Origin: an uncultured Phycisphaeraceae bacterium
GTDB taxonomy: Bacteria > Planctomycetota > Phycisphaerae > Phycisphaerales > UBA1924
Direction of reading: 5' to 3'
Assembly (NCBI GenBank): GCA_964403525.1
Contig: CAYOGE010000012.1
Location: forward strand, 15,808 to 79,807
Length of the DNA stretch: 64,000 nt
Positions 30,403 to 41,098 of this stretch are shown here, piece after piece. The notes below the pieces were generated by a model. That model was given only the letters and a program-made list of their open reading frames with translations, did not search any database and was not told the DNA's origin. Position 1 is the first letter of the stretch. Every line of letters starts with the position of its first letter. The translations under genes and the position numbers were made by a program.

Positions 30403-31812
30403 TCAGTCCCGAACCTCGCGGACCCTCAGGGTCATGTCTCCCACGGTAGCGATCGTGTGCGTCGCATCGGTGCTGCCGTGTCTGAGCACGCGGAGGACGC
30501 CGCCGTCATGCTCGTGACTGGGGTCTGATTCTGGCGGAACGTACAGTTCGCCCATCAGCCATGAGTGGTCGCGTGTCCGTAGGCGGAAGCCGTAGTGGCC
30601 CTTGCAGACGCCGACCCAGAATCGAGCTTGCTCGCCGCGCTCGACGTTGAACTTCAGCGATGCAAGATCGCCACCGATGGCGCCCGACCATGGTGAATCA
30701 GCGAGCCGTCGCCAGTGTTTTTCAATCTTCTTCTCAATCTCACCAGAGGGGATTGGGCCAGGCGCAGGCTCAAAGGGTGGTTTGCCGCTCCCGAGGTTGC
30801 GGATCGCGGCTTTGATGCAAAGCAGCAACGGTCCCCCCTCGGGAGAAGCGATGTCGATTGCGCCACCAGCCTCGCTCAGTTCGGATTTTAGAACGGTGGC
30901 TGCGTCCAACACTCGCCAATTGGGATAGGGCGCAGCGAGGTACCGCGACAAGGTAGATTCTGCACCACCGTCGGCGTTTCGCCCGCTGTTGATTAAATCG
31001 GTCGGAAGAAGAATCTCGCACGTCTCTTCGAACACATAGGCGAGTTTCTCATTATCACCATCGTCCCGTGTTGTCCCCCGCCGTTTGGCACTATTGCTCC
31101 CGGCCGGCTGTGCCCACAAAGCACGGGAGGGGCCCCTGCTGAACGCCCACGAAATCGCGCCGGGCGGATCGGAATCGCGGTACCTGCCGGACCCGGGCTT
31201 CACGGGCAGGTTCTTGAGCACGCAGCGCCCGAGAATCACATCGACCAATCGCACCTCGTAGTCGAACTCATCGCCTGAGCCCGGACCATGGTTTCCAATC
31301 TCCACGACAATGCCAGGAAGCTGGTCTCCGCGCTTTGCGACTACGGCCTTGTACCAGCCGTCTTCCGCAAGCAACTCGGCCAGATTCAGTTCCCTCTGTG
31401 CGATCTGGCAATCCGCGAGCGCCCTGTTTCCTGTGGACTCCATCAGGCCCCTGATCCGGCTCTCGGTATCGATCGCCATGCGGTCGAGCTCGGCGATCTG
31501 CCGATCTAACTCTTCGATCTTCGTTGCGATCGACTCCACCGCGAGGCCCTTGCCCGCGGCCTGTGCCTGAAAACTCGCCTCTTCTTGCCGCTCGGCGCGA
31601 AGGCGAGTCTGCAGGACACCGTCCTGTTCTTTCTTGCGCCGAAGTTCGGCGACCGGTTCCAATGCAGACTTAGCCGCCTGCAGCCGGTCTGTGAAGTACG
31701 CAACAAGATCGATCGTCATCGCTTCCCCGTTCGCATTTCGCACAGGAGACTTCACCTGAACACTCACGTATTCGGGTAATGCTATGTACCCGCGGTGGGT
31801 GGCTGAGGGCAT
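30403..31812 (-). CDS. Orphan 469-aa protein with an N-terminal coiled-coil region; no recognisable family
   Basis: Long ORF with protein-like composition. Heptad-like, charged region around residues 40-160 (LQAAKSALEPVAELRRKKEQ...IEELDRQIAELDRMAIDTESRIRGL). GC is lower than the flanks (hand counts of 53-63% in sampled lines). Confidence 0.7.
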   Translation of the reverse strand: MPSATHRGYIALPEYVSVQVKSPVRNANGEAMTIDLVAYFTDRLQAAKSALEPVAELRRKKEQDGVLQTRLRAERQEEASFQAQAAGKGLAVESIATKIEELDRQIAELDRMAIDTESRIRGLMESTGNRALADCQIAQRELNLAELLAEDGWYKAVVAKRGDQLPGIVVEIGNHGPGSGDEFDYEVRLVDVILGRCVLKNLPVKPGSGRYRDSDPPGAISWAFSRGPSRALWAQPAGSNSAKRRGTTRDDGDNEKLAYVFEETCEILLPTDLINSGRNADGGAESTLSRYLAAPYPNWRVLDAATVLKSELSEAGGAIDIASPEGGPLLLCIKAAIRNLGSGKPPFEPAPGPIPSGEIEKKIEKHWRRLADSPWSGAIGGDLASLKFNVERGEQARFWVGVCKGHYGFRLRTRDHSWLMGELYVPPESDPSHEHDGGVLRVLRHGSTDATHTIATVGDMTLRVREVRD

Positions 31813-31827
31813 GGCAATGAAGGTGGT

Positions 31828-31843
31828 GCTCTGACCGACTTCC
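31828..31843. repeat. Right copy of the 16-bp perfect direct repeat GCTCTGACCGACTTCC
   Basis: Lies 16 nt upstream of the orphan gene start codon (31812). The left copy lies 95 nt beyond its stop. Confidence 0.9.
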
Positions 31844-31869
31844 GTGCGCCTTTTGCCCCCCCGCCCCCC

Positions 31870-32047
31870 GCGAACGCCGTTTTCTGCGGGTGAATGGGAC
31901 TTGCCCCTCAGAAAACGGCGTTTTCTGAGAAAAAACGTCGTTTTCTGCGGGTGAATGGGCTTTGCCCCTCAGAAAATGCCGTTTTCTGAGAGAAAACGTC
32001 GTTTTCTTCTGGCGAACGCCTTTGTGCCAAGAGAAAACGCCGTTTTC
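31870..32047. repeat. Tandem 61-bp repeat array carrying six 15-bp palindromic sites, consensus GAAAACGNCGTTTTC
   Basis: Sites at 31870, 31911, 31931, 31972, 31992 and 32033, with start-to-start spacing 41-20-41-20-41. Units also share CTGCGGGTGAATGGG(a/c)(c/t)TTGCCCCTCA. Degenerate copies continue to about 32232. Confidence 0.9.
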
Positions 32048-32377
32048 TTCTGGCTAAATCGCGTTTTTGGAAGGGTGATGGGCGGGTGATGGTCGCTCCT
32101 TTGCGTGCAGCGCGGTTCTTATCGGCACCGCCCGGTTCTGGTGGGCGTGCGGAGCGAGCTGCGCACTTTCTGCGGGGGTGACGGGCACACCGATGCGGAG
32201 ATTGTGCGCGACGCGCGGATTTTCTGCTCATGTTGGCTGCGCGGGGCAAAGTGCGTGCGCGGATTGGCCGACCAACTCGGCAGGCCCGGCGTCAGTCCGG
32301 GCTCCTCTCACCCTGAGGCCCTTCACCCGGCCTCCCGCCTCGCGCTCCGTGAAGTTGGATCGTTTGGAGACACCACC

Positions 32378-33073
32378 ATGTCAACACTCAACCCGCCGTC
32401 ACCGTCACCCCGCGCCCCGTACCTCGCCTGGTGCGCTGCGCACGCACCCGTTTGGAAAAACTCGCCAACCCTGATCGGGCTCAGCGCCCCGGTTGCCACG
32501 GCTTACGACACCAGCGTCGCCAACGCCAACGCGAAGGTCGCCGCGATGGAGGCCGCCAAGACGGTCTACCACAACACCGTCGTCGAGGCCGCCACCGCGA
32601 TGCGCGAGCTGCAGGCCAACACCGGCAACAACATCCGCACCATCCGCGCCTTCGCCGAGGTGCAGGCCAAGCCGAGCACGGTCTACGCCATCGCACAGAT
32701 CGACCCGCCCGCCACGCCGACGCCGATGGCGCCCCCCGCGCGCCCGACCGACTTCACCGCCAGCATCGACATCGACACCGGTGCGCTGGTCATCAAGTGG
32801 AAGGCGGCCAACCCCGGCGGCAACACCAGCTACACCGTCAAGCGCCGCCTCAACTCGACCGGCGCGTGGATGCTCATCGGCGTTGCCGGCAGCGACAAGA
32901 CGTTCATCGACACCTCCTTCACCGCCGGGCCCGACAGTGTGCAGTACATGGTGCAGGGTGTCCGCAGCGGCATCACCGGCCCCAGCGGCAGCGTCTCGAT
33001 CAACTTCGGTAATCCCGCTGGCAGCTTCTCGATCACCTCGTTCGACGAAGGCGACGCGAAGATGGCTGCTTGA
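32378..33073 (+). CDS. Hypothetical protein with a C-terminal fibronectin-III-like domain
   Basis: ATG at 32378 after GGAGACACCACC. Helical Ala-rich N-terminal half, a Pro-rich linker, then an FN3-like region (PTDFTASIDIDTGALVIKWKAANPGGNTSYTVKRR...WMLIGVAGSDKTFIDTSF). Confidence 0.65.
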   Translation: MSTLNPPSPSPRAPYLAWCAAHAPVWKNSPTLIGLSAPVATAYDTSVANANAKVAAMEAAKTVYHNTVVEAATAMRELQANTGNNIRTIRAFAEVQAKPSTVYAIAQIDPPATPTPMAPPARPTDFTASIDIDTGALVIKWKAANPGGNTSYTVKRRLNSTGAWMLIGVAGSDKTFIDTSFTAGPDSVQYMVQGVRSGITGPSGSVSINFGNPAGSFSITSFDEGDAKMAA

Positions 33074-33074
33074 G

Positions 33075-33185
33075 GAAAAGCGAAAAGCGAAAAGCGAAAA
33101 GCGAACATCAAGGCAGTCAACTCACCCCGGGCGGCAGCGCTCGGGGTTTTCATTTCCGCTTTTCGTTTTTCGCTTTTCGCTTTGC
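33075..33185. repeat. Long imperfect inverted repeat built from heptamers, (GAAAAGC)4 ... (GCTTTTC)n, enclosing a terminator hairpin
   Basis: Left arm 33075-33102 is four exact GAAAAGC units. Right arm 33158-33185 reads GCTTTTC GTTTTTC GCTTTTC GCTTTGC. Confidence 0.85.
33125..33150 (+). terminator. Intrinsic terminator after the FN3-protein gene
   Basis: CCCCGGGCG-GCAG-CGCTCGGGG (9 bp including one G-U pair) followed by TTTT. Confidence 0.7.
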
Positions 33186-33207
33186 CCTTTTCCCCTCTCG
33201 TGACTCG

Positions 33208-34908
<1,701 letters not shown>

Positions 34909-35079
34909 GAGGGTAGAGTGTACGGTGATGCGGGTATGCTGGGCCGGGAGATTCCACGCGGCAGCGGTTACAGCCGGTGAGAGCGGTGATTGAGCGGAGC
35001 GGTTCTGCCCGATTGTGAAGAACGGTTGAATGCAAGCGGTTGATGGGCGGGCATCTGCCCATCGCCTCAGGGAGCGCGT

Positions 35080-36171
35080 GTGACACGAAGGAAGAGCCCA
35101 AGCCCGTTCAAGACGACGACCTCGATCCAGGATGTGGCGCGGCTGGCGGGCGTCTCGACGGCGACGGTGAGCCGCGTGCTGAACACGCCCGACCTTGTCG
35201 CCGTGGAGACGGCAGAGAAGGTGCGCAAGGCGGTGGCGGAGCTGAAGTACAAGCCCAACCTCTTCGCCAAGGGGCTGATGACGCGCAAGAGCCAGGTGCT
35301 GGGGATCGCCCTGCCCGACCTGCACGGCGAGTTCTACTCCACGCTGCTCCACGGCGCTGACGATGAAGCGCGCCGGCACGGGTACCAGCTGCTGGTGAGC
35401 ACCGATGCGCGGCGCAACGGCGGAGGGGGCATCGACGGCGCAGGAGATGAGGAGGGCGCAGCGCAGCTCGACCTCACCTTCGGCATCGTCGAGGGGATCG
35501 CGCTGATGATCACCCAGCCGCAGGATGAGCTGGTCCGCCGCGCGATGGGGACGGGCCTGCCGCTGGTGGTGATGGATTCGGAGGTGCGGGCGCCGACGGT
35601 CGATTGCGTGCTGGTGGACAACGTGGTCGGCACCGTCGAGGCGATGGCCCACCTGGCGGAGAAGACGCCCAAGGACCGGATCTATTTCGTGGGCGGGCCG
35701 GAGGGGAACTTCGACACGCGGACGCGCGCGGAGGCGTTCATCACGACGCTCAAGGGCTTCGGGCGCGCGCCGGGCCCGATGCAATTGGCGTACAAGGAAT
35801 ACAGCGAGGCCTGGGGGTACGAGTGGGCCCAGCAGATGAGCCGCGAGGGGGGCGCGGGAGGCGGTGTGGGGGGGCGACTCAAGGGGAGCGCGGTGCTGTG
35901 CGCCAACGACGACATCGCGGTGGGTGTGCTGCAGGCCGCGGAGAACATGGGCCTGCACGTCGGCCCCGGCGATGACGGTGTGCGGATCGTCGGCTTCGAC
36001 GACACGCGGATCGCCTCGATCGTGCGCCCCAAGCTCAGCAGCGTGCGCGTGCCGCTGATCGAGGTGGGCGCAGCATCGGTGCGGCTGCTGCTGGAGCGCA
36101 TCGAAGAGCCCGATGCCCCCGCCCACGTGCTGCGCCTGCCGACGCGGCTGGTGGTGCGGCAGAGTTCTTGA
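35080..36171 (+). CDS. LacI-family transcriptional regulator
   Basis: N-terminal HTH TSIQDVARLAGVSTATVSRVLN. Periplasmic-binding-protein-like sugar-binding core. Divergent from the GH144-like gene. Confidence 0.9.
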   Translation: MTRRKSPSPFKTTTSIQDVARLAGVSTATVSRVLNTPDLVAVETAEKVRKAVAELKYKPNLFAKGLMTRKSQVLGIALPDLHGEFYSTLLHGADDEARRHGYQLLVSTDARRNGGGGIDGAGDEEGAAQLDLTFGIVEGIALMITQPQDELVRRAMGTGLPLVVMDSEVRAPTVDCVLVDNVVGTVEAMAHLAEKTPKDRIYFVGGPEGNFDTRTRAEAFITTLKGFGRAPGPMQLAYKEYSEAWGYEWAQQMSREGGAGGGVGGRLKGSAVLCANDDIAVGVLQAAENMGLHVGPGDDGVRIVGFDDTRIASIVRPKLSSVRVPLIEVGAASVRLLLERIEEPDAPAHVLRLPTRLVVRQSS

Positions 36172-36280
36172 GCCGCCAGCGCGGACTGACTGGGCCGCCA
36201 ACGAAAGACCCCGAGCGCTGCTGCCCGGGGCCTCACGGCTGTTGCTGATGTGTGTGCGGATCTGGCGAAAGGCTTTGGGG

Positions 36281-37441
36281 CTACCTGTCCTCCGGCGCGG
36301 GCGGTGACCACGGGTGGGGGATCGGCGCCGGCGCGGGGAGAATGACGCCGCCCCAGATGTACTGAGGCTTCGCCGCCAGGGTGAGCACGCGGTTGAAGCA
36401 GTCGAAGTGGTTGTCGGCGATGGAGACCTGCAACTTCGGCCACGGAACGGTGACGGCGACGGTCCCGCTGTCGAAGCGGTCGGGCGGGGGCGTTCGTGTG
36501 CGCTGGCTGTCGGTGATGCGTGCGCGGAGGCGCTGGGTGGGTGTCGCGTCGTTGGTCGGCACGGTGACGGGCGACCACTGGTAGATGCCCTCGCCGCGGA
36601 ACTTGCGGACCAGGCGCGGGTTGAGCTCGGGTGAGCGCGTGGGCGGCGTGACGGTGCGGATGTTCACCATCGCCCACTCGAGCGTGCCGTCGTCGCCCGG
36701 GCTCCCCATCGGTCCGCCGGTGAGGGGCACGAGGTCAAAGTCTCCGCCCATCGGCTGAGAGAACACAGCGCAGCGGCAGAGGTTGTAGCAGCCGAACAGG
36801 AAGTCGCTGTGGGGCTCGCTCAGCCTGTAGTGGGTGACCTGCTGCAGCGGCACGGGCGCAAGGGCGAGGCGCAGCGATGCGCGGGCCGGATCGGGCGCGT
36901 TGCCCGGTGGCACCGGAGAGGGCAGCACCTCGTAGAGCACGATGTCGATCGGCGCGCCGCCCACCTCCATCGCACGCGGCACAATGCCGCTGTCGAAGCG
37001 GCGGGTGGGCCCCTGCTCGCCCCACTTGACGTCGATGGCCATGCGGTGGCCGATCACCTGAAGCATGCCGACGCTGGAAGTGACCTGGTACGTCCCTTCG
37101 CCGGTGATGTAGATGTCTTCTGGCTGGTTGGTGAGTGAGACGAGCCAGTTGATGCCCTTGAGCGGGTACTGGCCGACGTGTCCGGCGGCAGCGCTTGGCG
37201 GGAGTGAGACCGTGCCGCGGAAGCGCGTCGAGTGCTCGAGCACGATGCCGCGCGGGTCATCAAAGACGGTCTGCGCAGCGGTGCGCCAGATGTCCAGCGG
37301 AGCGGTCAAGCGGTCGGCGTTGCCCGGATCGGCTGCGCTGGCCGGGGCGGCGCTGAACAGCGTCGCCGCGACGACAGAGGCGAGCAGCGCCCTGAAGCAT
37401 CGGCGGGTGCGCATTCCGGAGCGGGTAAGCGGTGTACGCAT
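36281..37441 (-). CDS. Hypothetical secreted protein
   Basis: ATG at 37441 after GAGGAG. Signal peptide ...RRCFRALLASVVAATLFSAAPASA. No family recognised. Confidence 0.6.
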   Translation of the reverse strand: MRTPLTRSGMRTRRCFRALLASVVAATLFSAAPASAADPGNADRLTAPLDIWRTAAQTVFDDPRGIVLEHSTRFRGTVSLPPSAAAGHVGQYPLKGINWLVSLTNQPEDIYITGEGTYQVTSSVGMLQVIGHRMAIDVKWGEQGPTRRFDSGIVPRAMEVGGAPIDIVLYEVLPSPVPPGNAPDPARASLRLALAPVPLQQVTHYRLSEPHSDFLFGCYNLCRCAVFSQPMGGDFDLVPLTGGPMGSPGDDGTLEWAMVNIRTVTPPTRSPELNPRLVRKFRGEGIYQWSPVTVPTNDATPTQRLRARITDSQRTRTPPPDRFDSGTVAVTVPWPKLQVSIADNHFDCFNRVLTLAAKPQYIWGGVILPAPAPIPHPWSPPAPEDR

Positions 37442-37735
37442 GGCGGACTCCTCAGAGAAGCGGGGTTGGCCACGAGCGCAATGACCAGCGTACCAAGAGG
37501 ATGTTCGGGCAAGCATGAACAGTCACTCATTCTCCCCGCCGACCTCGGCAGCATGCTGGCGTCGATCGGGCCTGTGGCCGCAGGAACCGAGCGAATCGGC
37601 TCTGTGTTGCGTGAATTTGGTGTGCGATTTGCGGGAAATGTGGTACATTCCGGTAAACCCCGAATCGAGGGGGGATGCTGCAAGGTTCCGCCCCCTTGGC
37701 GCAAGTCATGCAGAGACGATCGAAGGAGCCACCCC

Positions 37736-39448
37736 ATGAAGCAATCGACCATCAACGTGCTCGCCCTGACGCTGCTCGCCGGCTCAAGCGGTGTGGTTCT
37801 GGCCCAGCCTTACGCCGTCACGGGGATCGGCAACCTTGCCGGAGGGCCGAGTATCGCCTGGGGGATCAGCAACGGCCCGGGTCAGCCGGTGGTGGGTGAG
37901 ACCGACACGAACAACAGCCTCAACCACAGGGCCTGCACGTTCACGTCCGGAATGGCGGCGGTGAACAACGGGTCCGGGCCGGGCGGGTTCTTTACGCCGA
38001 AGGTGGCCTACCGCATGAGCACCACGAACCTGATCCACTGCGGCAGCGGGCAGAGCGCCAGCCTCTCGACAAGGGCGTTCCGCACGTACGGAGGGTTCAC
38101 GACTGAGCTCGGGACGCTCAATCCGTTCCTGCAGAACAGCGAAGCACGCGGCGTGAACAACAACGGCACCATCATCGGCACGTGCTACGCGAACAACTCG
38201 TACCCCGGCGCGGGCGGAAGCACGAGCTTCGCCTTCCAATGGGTGCCGACCAACCCCGGCACACCTTCGAGCGGCGCGGGGACCATGAGCCTGATTCCGC
38301 TGCACGCGGCGTACGACATCAACGACTCGAACCTTGCCGTCGGGTCTTACGGCGGCGTGGCGTACCAGGTAAACGTGATCACCTCGGCCTCGACGAGCAT
38401 GGGGAGCCTGGGCGGCACGATGGCCGGGTCTGCGCTCGCCAACAACAACGCAGGCGCGGCGGTTGGTTTCAGCTCGGCCGCGTCGTCGAGCAACTTCCGC
38501 CACGCGTTCCGCTGGACATCGGGCGGCGGGATGCAGGACATCCACCCCGTCGTGCTCGGTGCCACCTCGGAGAGTTTCGCGCACGACATCAACTCGGCCG
38601 GCGTGGTGGTCGGCAAGTTCCACGGGACGGGCACGGGGAGCAACGGGCACGCGTTCATCTACAACCCCGCCAGCGGCATGTGGCGCGACCTCAACACGTG
38701 GCTCCCCAGCGGCAGCGGCTGGGTGCTCGAATCGGCCGAGGGGATCAGCGACGGTAACTGCGTGGTGGGGCGCGGCAAGCGCAACGGCCAGACCGAGGGG
38801 TTCAAGATGTGCGTGGTGCCGCCGATGGTGCCGCCACCCCCGTGCGGTGGCCTGCCGCTGGACCCGATCGCGATGGCCCACCATGCATCCTGCCCGGGCG
38901 GCACGGTCGTGTTCGACTTTGACCCGACACCGGTGGGCGGTGGCGGTGGGACACCGGTGACGGTCGAGTGGGCGTACAAGAAGCGACTCCCGTCCTCAAC
39001 CGGCGGCGAGGTTGAGTACGTGCAGGTGGTTGACGGAGTCAACATCGACCCCGACACCGGCGAACCGGCGTTCACGGCGACGATCGGAGGGCCGTTGAGC
39101 GCGACCTCGCTCGCGATGACGACGCTGGCCTCGCCGGCGCCGGGAGGTCAGGGTCTTGGCGGCGGGGGCTGGACGCTGCGGGCGCTTGTCCGTGGCCCGT
39201 GCGATACGCGTTACACGTACGCGGCGACGAACTTTGTCGCCGCGGCCGATTTGGGCAGTCAGGGCGGCGTGTCGGGTGGCGACGGCGTGCATGACAACAA
39301 CGACTTTGTCGTCTTCATCGACAAGTTCTTCACGGCCGATGCGGGCGCGGATGTTGGCGTGCAGGGCGGTCAACTCGGCAGCGACGGCGCGTTCGACAAC
39401 AACGACTTCGTCGTGTTCATCGACTTGTTCTTCCAGTCGTGCCCGTGA
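37736..39448 (+). CDS. HAF-repeat extracellular protein with a C-terminal tandem GC-type dockerin-like tail
   Basis: ATG at 37736 after GAAGGAG, with a signal peptide. HAF-type repeats (FRHAFRWTSGGGMQDI, NGHAFIYNPASGMWRDLNTWL). The C-terminus has two copies of G-x-DG-x-x-DNNDFVVFID-x-FF. Confidence 0.7.
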   Translation: MKQSTINVLALTLLAGSSGVVLAQPYAVTGIGNLAGGPSIAWGISNGPGQPVVGETDTNNSLNHRACTFTSGMAAVNNGSGPGGFFTPKVAYRMSTTNLIHCGSGQSASLSTRAFRTYGGFTTELGTLNPFLQNSEARGVNNNGTIIGTCYANNSYPGAGGSTSFAFQWVPTNPGTPSSGAGTMSLIPLHAAYDINDSNLAVGSYGGVAYQVNVITSASTSMGSLGGTMAGSALANNNAGAAVGFSSAASSSNFRHAFRWTSGGGMQDIHPVVLGATSESFAHDINSAGVVVGKFHGTGTGSNGHAFIYNPASGMWRDLNTWLPSGSGWVLESAEGISDGNCVVGRGKRNGQTEGFKMCVVPPMVPPPPCGGLPLDPIAMAHHASCPGGTVVFDFDPTPVGGGGGTPVTVEWAYKKRLPSSTGGEVEYVQVVDGVNIDPDTGEPAFTATIGGPLSATSLAMTTLASPAPGGQGLGGGGWTLRALVRGPCDTRYTYAATNFVAAADLGSQGGVSGGDGVHDNNDFVVFIDKFFTADAGADVGVQGGQLGSDGAFDNNDFVVFIDLFFQSCP

Positions 39449-39494
39449 GCGGGTCGGCAGGGCGTGGGCGTAGCAGCGCCTCGGTTGGCGGTGG

Positions 39495-41003
39495 TTATTG
39501 CGCGGCCAGGCTTGCGCCGTTGCTTGCGATCACCTTTGCGTACCAGTGCGCGGAGTCCTTGAGCGTCCGCTTCTGGGTTTGGAAGTCGACGTGGATGAGG
39601 CCGAAGCGGTCTTTGTAGCCGTTCTGCCATTCCATGTTGTCCATCAGCGACCAGTGGAAGTAGCCGGCGACTTTGGCGCCTTCGCCCATCGCGCGGTTGA
39701 GCTGCAGCAGGTAGCGCCGGGTGTAGTCGATCCGTTGCGGGTCGTGGACGGCGCCGTCTGTTGCCACCCAGTCGGTGTTCGAGAGCCCGTTCTCGGTGAT
39801 CGCGATGGGGAGTTTGTAACGGTCGTAGAGGAACTTCGCGCCGTAGTAGAGGGCCTCGGGCAGGATGAACCAGCCGATCGCCGTGCGGGGCCACCCGGCC
39901 GGGAAGTCGACCTTCTCGAACGGTGCGGACGGGCCGCAGGGGTTTGAGGGGTAGGGGGCACAGGCGCGGAAGAGCTCGGCGTCGTAGACGTTGATGCCGT
40001 AGAAGTCGAGGGGCTGCTTGATGGTCGCCATGTCGCCGTCGCGCGGGGAGCGGACCTCGGGCGGGGCGTCGTTGCCGTAGAGGGCAAGACCGTCGACGGG
40101 GTACGTACCGAAGACGACGGGGTCGGCGAACCACGCGTTGGTCCAGAAGTCCTTGTACAGCGTGGCGTTGGTGGCTGCACGGGCCGCGGCGATGTTCTCC
40201 GGCGACGGCTCGCTCAGCATGCGCCCGTCGGGCGCTGGAGTGGAGAGTGGGGCTGACCAGGGGACCTTGACGCGGCCAATCGGCGCCCAGCCGATCTGCG
40301 GGGCCTTCTTGGCGCTTGAGCGGATGATCTGGGCGGCGCGCCCGTGGGCGAGCAGGCAGTTGTGCGCGGCGAGCAGGCGCTGGCTGTGGGGCCAGCGTGC
40401 GTTGGTGGTCTGCGTGCCCTCGTGCTCGCTTGGCCCGAGGAAGATCTGCGGCTCGTTGATCGTGATCCAGTGGGTGAGCCGGTCGGAGAGGCGGTCGACC
40501 ACTGCGCGCGTGTAGTCGGCGAACCAGTGCTGGATGTCGCGGTTGAGCCAGCCGCCGCGGTGCGCGGCCCAGAGTGGGAGGTCCCAGTGGAAGAGCGTTG
40601 CCCACGGGTTGACGTTTGACTCCAGCAGCGCGTCGACGAGGCGCGAGTAGAAGTCGAGCCCCTTGGGGTTGATGGTGGTGGGGTCAGATGGCATCACGCG
40701 CGGCCACGAGATGCTGAAGCGGTAGGCGCGGAGCCCGATCTGTTTCATCAGGCCGACGTCGTCGTGGAAGCGGTGGTAGTGGTCCGCCGCGGTGTCGCCC
40801 GTCTGGCCCATGTAGACGTTTCCGGGCGTGTAGACCTGGCCGGGGATGTTGCCGGTGCTGCCCGCGGGGACGCGCTGATGGCAGAAGGCATCCCAGACGG
40901 ATGGGCCCTTTCCATCGGCGTCCCACGCGCCCTCGATCTGGTAAGCGCTGGTGGCTGCGCCCCAGGTGAAGCCGGGTGGGAAGGATGAGGTCGGTGTGTT
41001 CAT
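39495..41003 (-). CDS. GH1 beta-glucosidase
   Basis: FTWGAATSAYQIEGA N-terminus, acid/base TINEPQIF, nucleophile ITENGLS. Confidence 0.92.
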   Translation of the reverse strand: MNTPTSSFPPGFTWGAATSAYQIEGAWDADGKGPSVWDAFCHQRVPAGSTGNIPGQVYTPGNVYMGQTGDTAADHYHRFHDDVGLMKQIGLRAYRFSISWPRVMPSDPTTINPKGLDFYSRLVDALLESNVNPWATLFHWDLPLWAAHRGGWLNRDIQHWFADYTRAVVDRLSDRLTHWITINEPQIFLGPSEHEGTQTTNARWPHSQRLLAAHNCLLAHGRAAQIIRSSAKKAPQIGWAPIGRVKVPWSAPLSTPAPDGRMLSEPSPENIAAARAATNATLYKDFWTNAWFADPVVFGTYPVDGLALYGNDAPPEVRSPRDGDMATIKQPLDFYGINVYDAELFRACAPYPSNPCGPSAPFEKVDFPAGWPRTAIGWFILPEALYYGAKFLYDRYKLPIAITENGLSNTDWVATDGAVHDPQRIDYTRRYLLQLNRAMGEGAKVAGYFHWSLMDNMEWQNGYKDRFGLIHVDFQTQKRTLKDSAHWYAKVIASNGASLAAQ

Positions 41004-41098
41004 GAATAGCGCACTCGAAGAGCTCGAAGAGGATTCGGAAAGCGGAGTCGCGAAGCAGCGCGGAACGGGCGGAGCAAGAGCGGGCGAAGAGCGCGAGA

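Noticed and set aside
30073-30528. 151-aa ORF (and 28991-29197 on the minus strand) translated from the intergenic repeats (RINADQQQRPPRAPSVSE / LIRVHPWLA)
   Set aside because: The reading frames exist only because of the tandem and dispersed DNA repeats. Different copies are in different frames relative to any start, and the composition is not protein-like.
31870-32047. CRISPR array interpretation of the repeated region
   Set aside because: The repeats are contiguous 61-bp units with no unique spacers. Each unit contains two short palindromes. No cas genes are in the window.
34909-36201. 5' extension of the GH144-like ORF (tracked to 36201)
   Set aside because: It is antisense to the clear LacI-family gene. 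A lipoprotein-like signal peptide begins at the ATG at 34908.
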